Shown here: positions 6,588 to 15,910 of the stretch, in pieces
Layout: every line of letters begins with the position of its first letter
How positions within the stretch are numbered: position 1 is the first letter of the stretch
Source of the DNA: Dehalococcoidia bacterium
GTDB lineage: Bacteria; Chloroflexota; Dehalococcoidia; Lucifugimonadales; CATOSD01
Direction of reading: 5' to 3'
Assembly: GCA_963667445.2 (NCBI GenBank)
Contig: CAXXGY010000001.1
Coordinates: forward strand, 1,757,387-1,789,386
DNA: 32,000 bases
Program-made: the position numbers and the translations under genes
Notes under the pieces: generated by a model
What the model was told of the DNA's origin: nothing
The model's database searches: none
The model's input: the letters and a program-made list of their open reading frames with translations, nothing else

Positions 6588-7772
6588 ATGACCATTCCCA
6601 AATTTCTGCAAATACACACGCTGCACTCGTACCCCGCTGCGCTGCTGAACCGCGACGACAGCGGCTTGGCCAAGCGCCTCACGTTCGGCGGCAGCGTCCG
6701 CACGCGCGTCTCGTCGCAGTCGCTCAAGCGCCACTGGCGCGTGGCGAAAGACGAGTTCGCCCTAAAGAACATCGATGGCGCGGCGGACGCTATCCGCTCA
6801 CGCAACGTCGTTGACCGCCGCGTAATCCAGCCCCTGCGCGAGGACGGGGCGTTCGAGGAAGAGTTGCTCAACGCCGTGCAGGAAGCCTTCAACGTGGAGG
6901 TGTACGGGACCGGGGGCGCGAGCGAGTCGGGCCGGCAGCCGCTGCTGTTGGGTCTGCCGGAAGTGGAGTACCTGCAAGAGAAGGCGCGCGCCATCTGTGA
7001 AGAGCACTCGGACGACGTGAAGGCCGCGGGCGACGCCGCGAAGCTGCTGTTCCAGGCGGCGCGCCGCAACGAGGAACGTGACAACTTCCGAGCGTTCCGT
7101 GAGCAGGCCAGCCTGCCGGGCGGTCTCATAGGCGCGATGTTCGGGCGCATGGTGACGTCCGACCCCGGCGCCAACATCGACGCGGCAATCCACGTGGCCC
7201 ACGCCTTCACCGTCCACGCAGAGGAGAGCGAGAGCGACTACTTCTCGGTGGTGGACGACCTGCAAGAGCCGGACGAGGACGCGGGCGCGGCCCACATCGG
7301 CGACATGGAACTCACCGCCGGCCTGTTCTACGGCTACGTGGTGGTAGACGTGTCCGGCCTTATCTCCAATCTGGAGGGATGCGACGCGGCGGACTGGCAG
7401 AACGAAGACTGCGGGCTGGCCGCCAAGGTGGTCGAGCACTTGGTACACCTCATCGCCACCGTGTCGCCGGGGGCGAAGCTGGGTTCCACCGCTCCCTACG
7501 CCGCCGCCGACCTGATGCTGATAGAGGCGGGCAGCCGCCAGCCGCGCAGCTTGGCGAATGCATTCCGCAAGGCCGTGCCCGCGCAGACCGAGTGCGCCAC
7601 GGACGCAATAGAGAAGTACCTGTCCGACCTCGACGAATGTTACCCTTCCTCCAAGGAGGCGCGTCGGGTGATGTCCGTCGGCAAGCGCGAACTGCCCGGC
7701 GCGTCGTGGCTGAACTGCGACGAGTTGGCGAACTGGGTCGCCGACGCCATACGCGCCGGCGAGGTCGCTTAG
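6588..7772 (+). CDS. cas7e: Cas7e (Cse4/CasC), Cascade backbone subunit
   Basis: 394 aa. FLQIHTLHSYPAALLNRDDSGLAKRLTFGGSVRTRVSSQSLKRHWR is the canonical CasC N-terminus. AAGGAGAAG RBS lies upstream. Confidence 0.95.
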   Translation: MTIPKFLQIHTLHSYPAALLNRDDSGLAKRLTFGGSVRTRVSSQSLKRHWRVAKDEFALKNIDGAADAIRSRNVVDRRVIQPLREDGAFEEELLNAVQEAFNVEVYGTGGASESGRQPLLLGLPEVEYLQEKARAICEEHSDDVKAAGDAAKLLFQAARRNEERDNFRAFREQASLPGGLIGAMFGRMVTSDPGANIDAAIHVAHAFTVHAEESESDYFSVVDDLQEPDEDAGAAHIGDMELTAGLFYGYVVVDVSGLISNLEGCDAADWQNEDCGLAAKVVEHLVHLIATVSPGAKLGSTAPYAAADLMLIEAGSRQPRSLANAFRKAVPAQTECATDAIEKYLSDLDECYPSSKEARRVMSVGKRELPGASWLNCDELANWVADAIRAGEVA

Positions 7773-7774
7773 CC

Positions 7775-8623
7775 ATGCGGCATCTCATCATCAGACTAGA
7801 AGCGCCGCTCATGGCGTTCGGCGGCGAGGCCATCGATAACCTGGGCGTCATCCGGCCATTCCCGGCGGCGTCGATGCTGACGGGGCTGTTCGCCAATGCG
7901 CTTGGGTGGAGGCGTATCGAGCGCGAGCGGCACCAGCAGTTGCAGGATAGGCTTGTGTTCGCGGCGCGCATCGACCGCGAGCCTGCGGGCGGCTACGCGA
8001 TGACCGACTTCCAGACGGCGCAGTTGGGCGCGAACGACCGCGGCTGGACCACGCACGGCAAGCCGGAGGGCCGGGCGGGTGGCGCGGCGACGTACAACGC
8101 GCCGCATCTGCGCTACCGGGACTATTACGCAGATATGCGCGTGACGGTGGCGCTGCGGCTTGACCCACCGGGCGAGTCCCCTACCCTGGACGAACTGGCC
8201 GCCGCGCTGGATGAACCGGCGCGTCCGCTGTTCATCGGGCGCAAGCCGTGCCTGCCGTCTTCACGCTTTCGCTTGTTCGGCGACTGCCGAGATTTCAAGG
8301 ACACGCCCGACGTGCTGGCCGCGTTGCTGGCAGTTCCCCTACCCGACGACGCGGACGTCCCCCGCTCGGTGCGTATGCTCTGGCCTGAGCGCGATGTAGA
8401 GACGGTTCCGGACGTGGTGTCGGTTGACCGCCGGGTCATGCTGACGGACGAGCGCAACTGGGTGTCGGGTCTGCACGGCGGCGGCAGGCGCGTGGTGGAG
8501 GGGAGGGCGCCGCGGGGCGCGTTCGGGGGGATTGTCCACGAAGGGCACGAAGGACGCGAAGATGGGGGGTGCCGCGGGACGAGTGAGGAGGCGGCGATTA
8601 TCGAGGAGGAGGCGACGCAATGA
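7775..8623 (+). CDS. cas5e: Cas5e (CasD) with about 35-aa Gly/acidic C-terminal tail
   Basis: ATG 7775 lies 2 nt after the cas7e stop, in frame within track ORF 7379..8623. MRHLIIRLEAPLMAFGGEAIDNLGVIRPFPAASMLTGLFANALGW is the canonical Cas5e opening, and FIGRKPCLPS is present. The stop overlaps the cas6e start (ATGA). Confidence 0.9.
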   Translation: MRHLIIRLEAPLMAFGGEAIDNLGVIRPFPAASMLTGLFANALGWRRIERERHQQLQDRLVFAARIDREPAGGYAMTDFQTAQLGANDRGWTTHGKPEGRAGGAATYNAPHLRYRDYYADMRVTVALRLDPPGESPTLDELAAALDEPARPLFIGRKPCLPSSRFRLFGDCRDFKDTPDVLAALLAVPLPDDADVPRSVRMLWPERDVETVPDVVSVDRRVMLTDERNWVSGLHGGGRRVVEGRAPRGAFGGIVHEGHEGREDGGCRGTSEEAAIIEEEATQ

Positions 8624-9471
8624 CGACGGCAACGGCGACGGCGCTGCGGATGGTGCGCGCCGAGATTGACTTGCGCGAGTTCAATCGCTGGATGGGGTCG
8701 AGGCAGTTCCAGGACCCGGACCACGCTATGCACTGCCTGCTGAGGGAGTGTTTCGGCGAGCACGCGCCCAAGCCCTTCCGCGTGGTGGCGACACGCGGGG
8801 CGTCCCGGGCATCCCTGTACGGCTACGGCACGGCGGACGCCGGTGCGCTGCGGGAGTCCGCGGCCATGTGCGCCTGCCCGCTACAGGCGCGGGCGCTGCC
8901 CGCCGACCGGATCGACGACAAGCCGATGCCGGCCGAGTGGCGGGTGGGGCTGCGGCTGGGCTTCGAGGCGCGGGTGCGGCCTGTGGTGCGGGGTACACGC
9001 AGAGGGGAGTGCAGAAATGCCGACGCACCATGCGGCGAACGCCGCCTTGCTCGCAAGAATCAGCGGGGCGAACGCCGCCTCGCTCGCAAGGAACAGTGCG
9101 ACAACTGCCGCGCGAGTCCGGAGCAGGACGCCTTCTTGTATGAAGCCCTGATGCACAAGGATAAGGGCGAAATGGAACGGACCGGACGCACCCGCGAAGC
9201 AGTGTACCGGGACTGGCTCGCCGCCAAGATCGAGAAGTGTGGCGGCGCGGCGCTGGATAAGGAAGCGACGAAGCTGGTGTCGTTCCGGCGCACGCGGGCC
9301 GTCCGCAAGCGTCACCGCCGCTACAGCGAAGGCCCGGACGCGCTGATGCGCGGCGAGCTGGAGGTGACCGACTCGGCCGCGTTCGGCAAGCTGCTGGCGC
9401 GCGGCGTCGGCCGGCACCGCGCCTACGGCTACGGGATGCTGCTGCTGCGTCCCGCCGGAAGGCGCGGCTAG
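8620..9471 (+). CDS. cas6e: Cas6e (CasE/Cse3) crRNA endoribonuclease with an internal Cys-containing insertion
   Basis: 283 aa versus about 200-220 typical. The C-terminal G-rich loop motif LLARGVGRHRAYGYGMLLL is present. RLGFEARVRP resembles the FRLRANP strand. Position is between cas5e and cas1. Confidence 0.9.
   Translation: MTTATATALRMVRAEIDLREFNRWMGSRQFQDPDHAMHCLLRECFGEHAPKPFRVVATRGASRASLYGYGTADAGALRESAAMCACPLQARALPADRIDDKPMPAEWRVGLRLGFEARVRPVVRGTRRGECRNADAPCGERRLARKNQRGERRLARKEQCDNCRASPEQDAFLYEALMHKDKGEMERTGRTREAVYRDWLAAKIEKCGGAALDKEATKLVSFRRTRAVRKRHRRYSEGPDALMRGELEVTDSAAFGKLLARGVGRHRAYGYGMLLLRPAGRRG
9034..9099 (+). repeat. 33-bp in-frame tandem duplication inside cas6e
   Basis: ggcgaacgccgccttgctcgcaagaatcagcgg (9034-9066) is followed by ggcgaacgccgcctcgctcgcaaggaacagtgc (9067-9099), encoding GERRLARKNQR / GERRLARKEQC. 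Confidence 0.85.
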
Positions 9472-9505
9472 GCGTGGGGCACATGCACGTTAACAATCGA
9501 GGGAG

Positions 9506-9652
9506 GTAGTGGTTAGTGATTAGTTCTTAGTTGTTAGTTGTTAGTTGTTAGTTGGGGGGCAACAGCGTGGATCCCCTTCACGCACCTGACTACTGGCCAC
9601 TGATCACTAACCACTAATAACTGACCACTAACTACTAACCACTAACCACTGG
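9506..9652. repeat. Palindromic element built from inverted blocks of 7-bp tandem repeats (copy A)
   Basis: Left arm: gtggtta gtgatta gttctta gttgtta gttgtta gttgtta gttgg. A GC-rich loop of about 30 nt follows. Right arm: tgactac tggccac tgatcac taaccac taataac tgaccac taactac taaccac taaccac, the complementary heptamers. AT-rich in a GC-rich genome. It shares the 5' end GGGAGG(T/A)AGTGGTTAGTG with the copy at 18024. Confidence 0.7.
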
Positions 9653-9662
9653 AGACTGCCGA

Positions 9663-10595
9663 ATGTTGAGAGGACGCTTGGGACTGGAGACGGCCCGTAT
9701 TCCCCATGCCGACCGGCACGGGCTGTTGTGGCTGTCGCGCGGGGCGCTCACCGTGCGGAACGGCACGCTTCGTTTCGAGCGGGAGAGCGCGCCCACGCGC
9801 GACAGCGGCCTGGATGCGGGGGAGTACGGGATACCGTTCCAATCGCTGAGCATGATCTTACTGGGCCCCGGCTCCACGGTCAGCCACGACGCGCTGCGGC
9901 TGATGGCGAGGCACGGCACGGCGCTGGTGGCGGTGGGTCAGGACGGGGTGAGGTGCTACACCGCGCCGCCGCTTTTGCCGGACACGTCGGACGTGGCGCG
10001 GCGACAGATGCGGGCGTGGGGCGACGCCGAGGGGAGCCGGATAACGATAGCGCGCAGGATGTACGCGATGCGGCTGGGGGAGGTGTTGCCTCACCGCGAC
10101 ATCGCCGCGCTGCGGGGGATCGAGGGTTCGCGCATGAGGCGGACGTACCAGGCGCTGGCGCAGAGGTATGGCATCGACTGGCGGGGTCGGCGGTACGACA
10201 GGGCCAATCCGACGGCGGCGGACATACCGAACCAGGCTATCAACCACGCCTCGGTGGCGGTGAACTCGGCGGCGGTCATCGCGGTCACGGCGACGGGGGC
10301 GATACCGCAGCTCGGTTTCATCCACGAGCACAGCGGGGAGGCGTTCGCGCTGGACATCGCGGACCTGTTCAGGGACACGGTGTTGCTGCCGGCGGCGTTC
10401 ACGGCGGCGCGGGAGGTGGCGCGGAATCCGGGCCTGAACGTGGAGCGTCACACGAGGCGTCTGACGGGCGAGATGCTGAGGAAGGAGAGGGTGATTGCGT
10501 CGATGATCGACAGGATAAAGGATCTGTTCGAGGGCGTGGAGGCGTTGGAGGCGCCGGAGCCTGGCGTCGAAGAAGTGGGAGACGACGTGGCATGA
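9663..10595 (+). CDS. cas1: Cas1 integrase, type I-E
   Basis: 310 aa. RIPHADRHGLLWLSRGALTVRNGTLRF..., GPGSTVSHDALRLMARHG and LGFIHEHSGEAFALDIADLFR are typical Cas1e. GGAGA RBS is present. The stop overlaps the cas2 ATG (ATGA). Confidence 0.95.
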   Translation: MLRGRLGLETARIPHADRHGLLWLSRGALTVRNGTLRFERESAPTRDSGLDAGEYGIPFQSLSMILLGPGSTVSHDALRLMARHGTALVAVGQDGVRCYTAPPLLPDTSDVARRQMRAWGDAEGSRITIARRMYAMRLGEVLPHRDIAALRGIEGSRMRRTYQALAQRYGIDWRGRRYDRANPTAADIPNQAINHASVAVNSAAVIAVTATGAIPQLGFIHEHSGEAFALDIADLFRDTVLLPAAFTAAREVARNPGLNVERHTRRLTGEMLRKERVIASMIDRIKDLFEGVEALEAPEPGVEEVGDDVA

Positions 10596-10879
10596 CGGTT
10601 GTGGTGACGATAAACGTGGGGGGCAGATACAGGGGGTTTCTGGCGTCGGCGATGCTGGAGATAGCGGCGGGGGTGTACACGAGCCCGGGGATGACGGCGG
10701 GCATCCGGGAGCGGATATGGGACGTGCTGAGCCGGTGGTACGCGGAGACGGGGGAGGGATCGATAGTGATGACGTGGCGGGACGATTCGGCGGTGAGCGG
10801 GCAACGGATACGGACGCTTGGGGAGTCGCCGAAGGAGATAGTGGACGCGGACGGGGTGTATCTGGTGAAGTACAGCTAG
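10592..10879 (+). CDS. cas2: Cas2, type I-E
   Basis: 95 aa, MTVVVTINVGGRYRGFLASAMLEIAAGVYTSPGMTAGIRERIWDVL..., the Cas2e pattern (RGFL...E...GVY). In frame within track ORF 9728..10879 and immediately precedes the leader and array. Confidence 0.9.
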   Translation: MTVVVTINVGGRYRGFLASAMLEIAAGVYTSPGMTAGIRERIWDVLSRWYAETGEGSIVMTWRDDSAVSGQRIRTLGESPKEIVDADGVYLVKYS

Positions 10880-10981
10880 CGGCGCGGCGTCGGCGGTCGG
10901 TATCACGAACGAGGGGACGGGACTGGGCGGCGATATTCCCCTGACAGATAAAGGCCGGCGGCTTTTATCGGATGAGTTAGG
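10880..10981 (+). promoter_or_regulatory. CRISPR leader
   Basis: 102-bp noncoding stretch between the cas2 stop and the first repeat. It contains a locally AT-richer segment (cgatattcccctgacagataaaggcc...cttttatcggatgagttag). The degenerate repeat lies at the opposite end of the array, consistent with this end being leader-proximal. Confidence 0.6.
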
Positions 10982-13900
10982 GGTTGCCCCGCGCGGGCGG
11001 GGATAGACCTCGGCAGCATCTCGTTTGAGCCATCATCTCCCAGGTTGCCCCGCGCGGGCGGGGATAGACCATAGCAACGCAAATCGCCAGCGGTGCCGTG
11101 CGCGGTTGCCCCGCGCGGGCGGGGATAGACCTGGCACCGGCGCAGCGAGCACGTCCACCGACGGGGTTGCCCCGCGCGGGCGGGGATAGACCCTATCCGC
11201 AGGACGCGCCGCACATTCCGCAGGCGGTTGCCCCGCGCGGGCGGGGATAGACCATAGAGCGTGGCGAACGACACATCTAACTCAGTGGTTGCCCCGCGCG
11301 GGCGGGGATAGACCTTAGCAATGACAACTCGTCGCTCCCTTCCGGTGGGTTGCCCCGCGCGGGCGGGGATAGACCGCAGCGACGGGGCCGACGGTCGAAG
11401 ACAGCAGGGGTTGCCCCGCGCGGGCGGGGATAGACCGTTAGCGCCGCTTTCTCCAGGTGGTTGCCGCTCGGTTGCCCCGCGCGGGCGGGGATAGACCGGA
11501 CACCTGCGTCTGGCAGGGTATGGGCTGGTCGGTTGCCCCGCGCGGGCGGGGATAGACCGTTGCGGCCATGATAGCGGCGCTGCCTTTGGGCGGTTGCCCC
11601 GCGCGGGCGGGGATAGACCCTTTGGACCTTCTATGGTCGCGCTGTGTTCACAGGTTGCCCCGCGCGGGCGGGGATAGACCGCTGCTTGCCTTTGGCGCCT
11701 TCGCGGTGTTGATGGTTGCCCCGCGCGGGCGGGGATAGACCGTTGCGGCCATGATAGCGGCGCTGCCTTTGGGCGGTTGCCCCGCGCGGGCGGGGATAGA
11801 CCCTTTGGACCTTCTATGGTCGCGCTGTGTTCACAGGTTGCCCCGCGCGGGCGGGGATAGACCGCTGCTTGCCTTTGGCGCCTTCGCGGTGTTGATGGTT
11901 GCCCCGCGCGGGCGGGGATAGACCCCGCCATGAAGCCATGAAGCGCCACCATCACCAGGTTGCCCCGCGCGGGCGGGGATAGACCGGAGCGCGCCAGGAC
12001 GCAGCCGCCGCCGCAGGTGGTTGCCCCGCGCGGGCGGGGATAGACCGTCCGACGCGTCCGGCTTATGAGCGCGAACAACGGTTGCCCCGCGCGGGCGGGG
12101 ATAGACCCCCGAGGTGGATTGATGACCACCGGCTCAGGAGGGTTGCCCCGCGCGGGCGGGGATAGACCTCGACGGCAGACTCAAAGCCGACGAGATAGCC
12201 CGGTTGCCCCGCGCGGGCGGGGATAGACCAAGATCGCCCTCTATGTCAGACCGAGTAGTGTCGGTTGCCCCGCGCGGGCGGGGATAGACCCGTCCGGCCC
12301 CACAGCGTCTATCAGGTTAGCCCGGTTGCCCCGCGCGGGCGGGGATAGACCGCCAAAGGAGGCAACATGGAAACGTTGATCGACGGTTGCCCCGCGCGGG
12401 CGGGGATAGACCCCGGTCGTGGGTCGCACGCAAGAGACGCCGGTCGGTTGCCCCGCGCGGGCGGGGATAGACCCTCTCCATCACGCAACTCAACTCGATC
12501 TGTTGGGGTTGCCCCGCGCGGGCGGGGATAGACCCGTCTGGGGGGGTTATGGCACAGGCAAATCGCAGGTTGCCCCGCGCGGGCGGGGATAGACCCGCCC
12601 GAGAACTGGAGCCAGACCTGGCCATCATGGTTGCCCCGCGCGGGCGGGGATAGACCGTTTGAGGACGTGGGGGAAAGCGTATCGGGATAGGTTGCCCCGC
12701 GCGGGCGGGGATAGACCGATGGTGTTATCGGGGTTGGCCGACATAGGTTGGGTTGCCCCGCGCGGGCGGGGATAGACCGTTGACCAGGTCATCGGCAACT
12801 ACGCAGACACGGGTTGCCCCGCGCGGGCGGGGATAGACCCCTCGCCCTCACCCTCACCCTCGCCCTCACCCTGGTTGCCCCGCGCGGGCGGGGATAGACC
12901 TCCGGCCCCGCGCAGCTTCCCGCCGCAATCGACGGTTGCCCCGCGCGGGCGGGGATAGACCCGTTGATTCCGGGCGTTGGAGTCCACCAGGCGCGGTTGC
13001 CCCGCGCGGGCGGGGATAGACCTCCGGCAACGTCGCCACGGCCACCACCTGCAGGGGTTGCCCCGCGCGGGCGGGGATAGACCCCCGTCGACGGCCCCGT
13101 CCAGCGCGCCCGTGTCGGTTGCCCCGCGCGGGCGGGGATAGACCCGTCGCTTTTAGCGTTTTGTCCATCTCCTCGGCGGTTGCCCCGCGCGGGCGGGGAT
13201 AGACCCTGGACATAGAGCGTACCGTCAGAACACTGGACGGTTGCCCCGCGCGGGCGGGGATAGACCCCAGCTACACGGCTACTACCTCGGACGCGAGCGG
13301 GTTGCCCCGCGCGGGCGGGGATAGACCCCAGACCGTGACCTTGCCCATAGCCCAGGTGGAGGTTGCCCCGCGCGGGCGGGGATAGACCTGAGATTCCCGA
13401 ATCTTTCCACTCACTCGAGGCGGTTGCCCCGCGCGGGCGGGGATAGACCGCTAGATGCCTCCCCGTCCTCTTCGCGGCCAGGGGTTGCCCCGCGCGGGCG
13501 GGGATAGACCTCTCGCACGAATCGCGCAATCGTGGTGTCCGAGGGTTGCCCCGCGCGGGCGGGGATAGACCCAGCTAGAGGCAATCGAGCGCGCGAAGGA
13601 ACTAGGTTGCCCCGCGCGGGCGGGGATAGACCCGACGTTTCGATTTCGCCGCCGCGCACGGCGATGGTTGCCCCGCGCGGGCGGGGATAGACCGATTCGC
13701 GCGTCGGCGTCCACGGGTCGCCCGGAGGTTGCCCCGCGCGGGCGGGGATAGACCTCGCGCACGTCAGCCCACGCCAGGCCGCCGCGTGGTTGCCCCGCGC
13801 GGGCGGGGATAGACCCCGGCCTGCCCTGGCCCTCGGTCGGCGTCCAGGGGTTGCCCCGCGCGGGCGGGGATAGACCGCTGCGCCAGGCCGCCGACCGACC

Positions 13901-15645
13901 GCCCAGGACGGTTGCCCCGCGCGGGCGGGGATAGACCGGTCGACCAGCGCCCTTAGCGCCTGCTCTCCGGGGTTGCCCCGCGCGGGCGGGGATAGACCGC
14001 AATGGCGCGCCCAGGGTGACCCGCGCGGACTGGTTGCCCCGCGCGGGCGGGGATAGACCTCGACGGCGTGGCCCTCGGTCGGCGTCCAGGACGGTTGCCC
14101 CGCGCGGGCGGGGATAGACCCTGGTGGCGCGCGTGCTCGGCTCAGGCGCGCGCGGTTGCCCCGCGCGGGCGGGGATAGACCCCCTGATACCGCCCTTATC
14201 GGGGCGAACCCGCCGGTTGCCCCGCGCGGGCGGGGATAGACCCCCCCGCCGTCAGATTCAGATAAACCCAACGGGGGTTGCCCCGCGCGGGCGGGGATAG
14301 ACCCCGCTGGCGTAGTTACGGGAAGCACGCCCGTTGGGTTGCCCCGCGCGGGCGGGGATAGACCGCCTCTCTATTCAGTCTGACTAGGCGGGCTACCGGT
14401 TGCCCCGCGCGGGCGGGGATAGACCTCGAACATCGGGGAGCGGGACGGATTGTAGTATGGTTGCCCCGCGCGGGCGGGGATAGACCTCCGATGCTAGCGT
14501 CACCCACACTAACTGATAAGGTTGCCCCGCGCGGGCGGGGATAGACCCAGGCGCTGCAAGCGCCGCGCCCCGGCCGGATTGGTTGCCCCGCGCGGGCGGG
14601 GATAGACCCTGGTATGGCGTGGTATCCTTCTCTCTCTTTCAGGTTGCCCCGCGCGGGCGGGGATAGACCTCGTGCACATACGGAAGCACGGAGGAATCTG
14701 AAGGTTGCCCCGCGCGGGCGGGGATAGACCCGGCCGCCCCGAATCCGACGCCCTGGGCGGCCGGGTTGCCCCGCGCGGGCGGGGATAGACCGCGTTCGCC
14801 TTCTCTGTCAGCGTGTAGCGGGTCGGTTGCCCCGCGCGGGCGGGGATAGACCGCGTTCGCCTTCTCTGTCAGCGTGTAGCGGGTCGGTTGCCCCGCGCGG
14901 GCGGGGATAGACCTCATGGCCTTCCTCCTTTCTTTAAGATTGCAGGGGTTGCCCCGCGCGGGCGGGGATAGACCGGGGCCAGGACATAGCGGGTTGCCGT
15001 GCGACCCGGTTGCCCCGCGCGGGCGGGGATAGACCTGAGCATGTAGACCATGATATGCCGGTTCGGAAGGTTGCCCCGCGCGGGCGGGGATAGACCCGGC
15101 ACGAGCAGCTAATCGAGCGGCTGGAGTCGGGTTGCCCCGCGCGGGCGGGGATAGACCTCACGGCCTGGAGTCGCGCGCTGGACATCGAGGGGTTGCCCCG
15201 CGCGGGCGGGGATAGACCGCGCGACCCGCTCGTGCGGGAGGTGGTGGGCAAGGTTGCCCCGCGCGGGCGGGGATAGACCCTTGCCGTCCCTGAGCTTCGT
15301 ACCGCAGCCGCAGGTTGCCCCGCGCGGGCGGGGATAGACCGCCGCCGCAAACGACGGGATGCCCGAAGACGTCGGTTGCCCCGCGCGGGCGGGGATAGAC
15401 CGGTTCGGCGAACTCGGGTGGCAGCCCTTCATGGGGTTGCCCCGCGCGGGCGGGGATAGACCTGAGCAATCTCGGCACAGGTCGAATCCGATGGTGGTTG
15501 CCCCGCGCGGGCGGGGATAGACCCCAGACTCGGAACGAGAGACATACTCGGACTGAGGTTGCCCCGCGCGGGCGGGGATAGACCGTGCGAAGCTCCGAAC
15601 TGTCGCAGCCGCAAGGAGGTTACCCCGCACGCGCGGGATAGACAG
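10982..15645 (+). CRISPR. Type I-E CRISPR array, 77 repeats / 76 spacers
   Basis: 28-nt repeat GGTTGCCCCGCGCGGGCGGGGATAGACC recurs at a strict 61-nt period (10982 + 61n), with spacers of about 33 nt. It has the same architecture and orientation as the E. coli I-E repeat GAGTTCCCCGCGCCAGCGGGGATAAACCG. The terminal repeat 15618-15645 (GGTTACCCCGCACGCGCGGGATAGACA) is degenerate. Confidence 0.98.
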
Positions 15646-15805
15646 GCGAGAGTTTTACGGCTGGCGTTGTTCGTGAAAAGGAGATAGTGGTCGGCCCCGG
15701 CGAAGCCAGGCCGCTACACGAGCCCGATGCCTCAGACAGCCGCATGGCCGGACGGGACGCGGAGGGCGTGGCCGTACCCAGGCCGGTTCCGTCTACAGTA
15801 AAGGG

Positions 15806-15882
15806 TGGTAGCGCATAGGGGATTCGAACCCCTGATCTCCGCCTTGAGAGGGCGGTGTCCTGGGCCACTAGACGAATGCGCC
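15806..15882 (-). tRNA. tRNA-Glu (anticodon CTC), CCA encoded
   Basis: Reverse complement is GGCGCATTCGTCTAGTGGCCCAGGACACCGCCCTCTCAAGGCGGAGATCAGGGGTTCGAATCCCCTATGCGCTACCA. It folds as a 77-nt cloverleaf with anticodon stem CCGCC/GGCGG, loop CTCTCAA and T-loop TTCGAAT. The G1-U72 wobble is slightly unusual. Confidence 0.82.
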
Positions 15883-15910
15883 ACGCAAAGGCCCGCTTGG
15901 AGCGCCAAGC

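Noticed and set aside
9506-9652. Heptamer GGTTAGT repeats considered as telomere-like (TTAGGG-type) repeats or a linear replicon end.
   Set aside because: The repeats occur as inverted pairs inside gene-dense DNA, between cas6e and cas1 and between convergent genes. They are not at a sequence terminus, and the unit differs from known telomeric repeats.
12840-12872. Spacer 31 (cctcgccctcaccctcaccctcgccctcaccct), considered as an anomalous or non-spacer insertion.
   Set aside because: It has the correct length and flanking repeats. It most likely derives from a repetitive (Gly/Glu-type or collagen-like) coding region of an invader, so nothing structural is wrong with the array here.
10903-15630. 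Many long minus-strand ORFs across the array (for example 10903..12129, 12789..13529, 13411..14328, 15109..15630) with recurring IPARAGQP / VYPRPRGAT / LSPPARGN peptides.
   Set aside because: They are translations of the CRISPR repeat in three frames. The 61-nt period is not a multiple of 3, so the frame rotates through the repeats. They are not genes.
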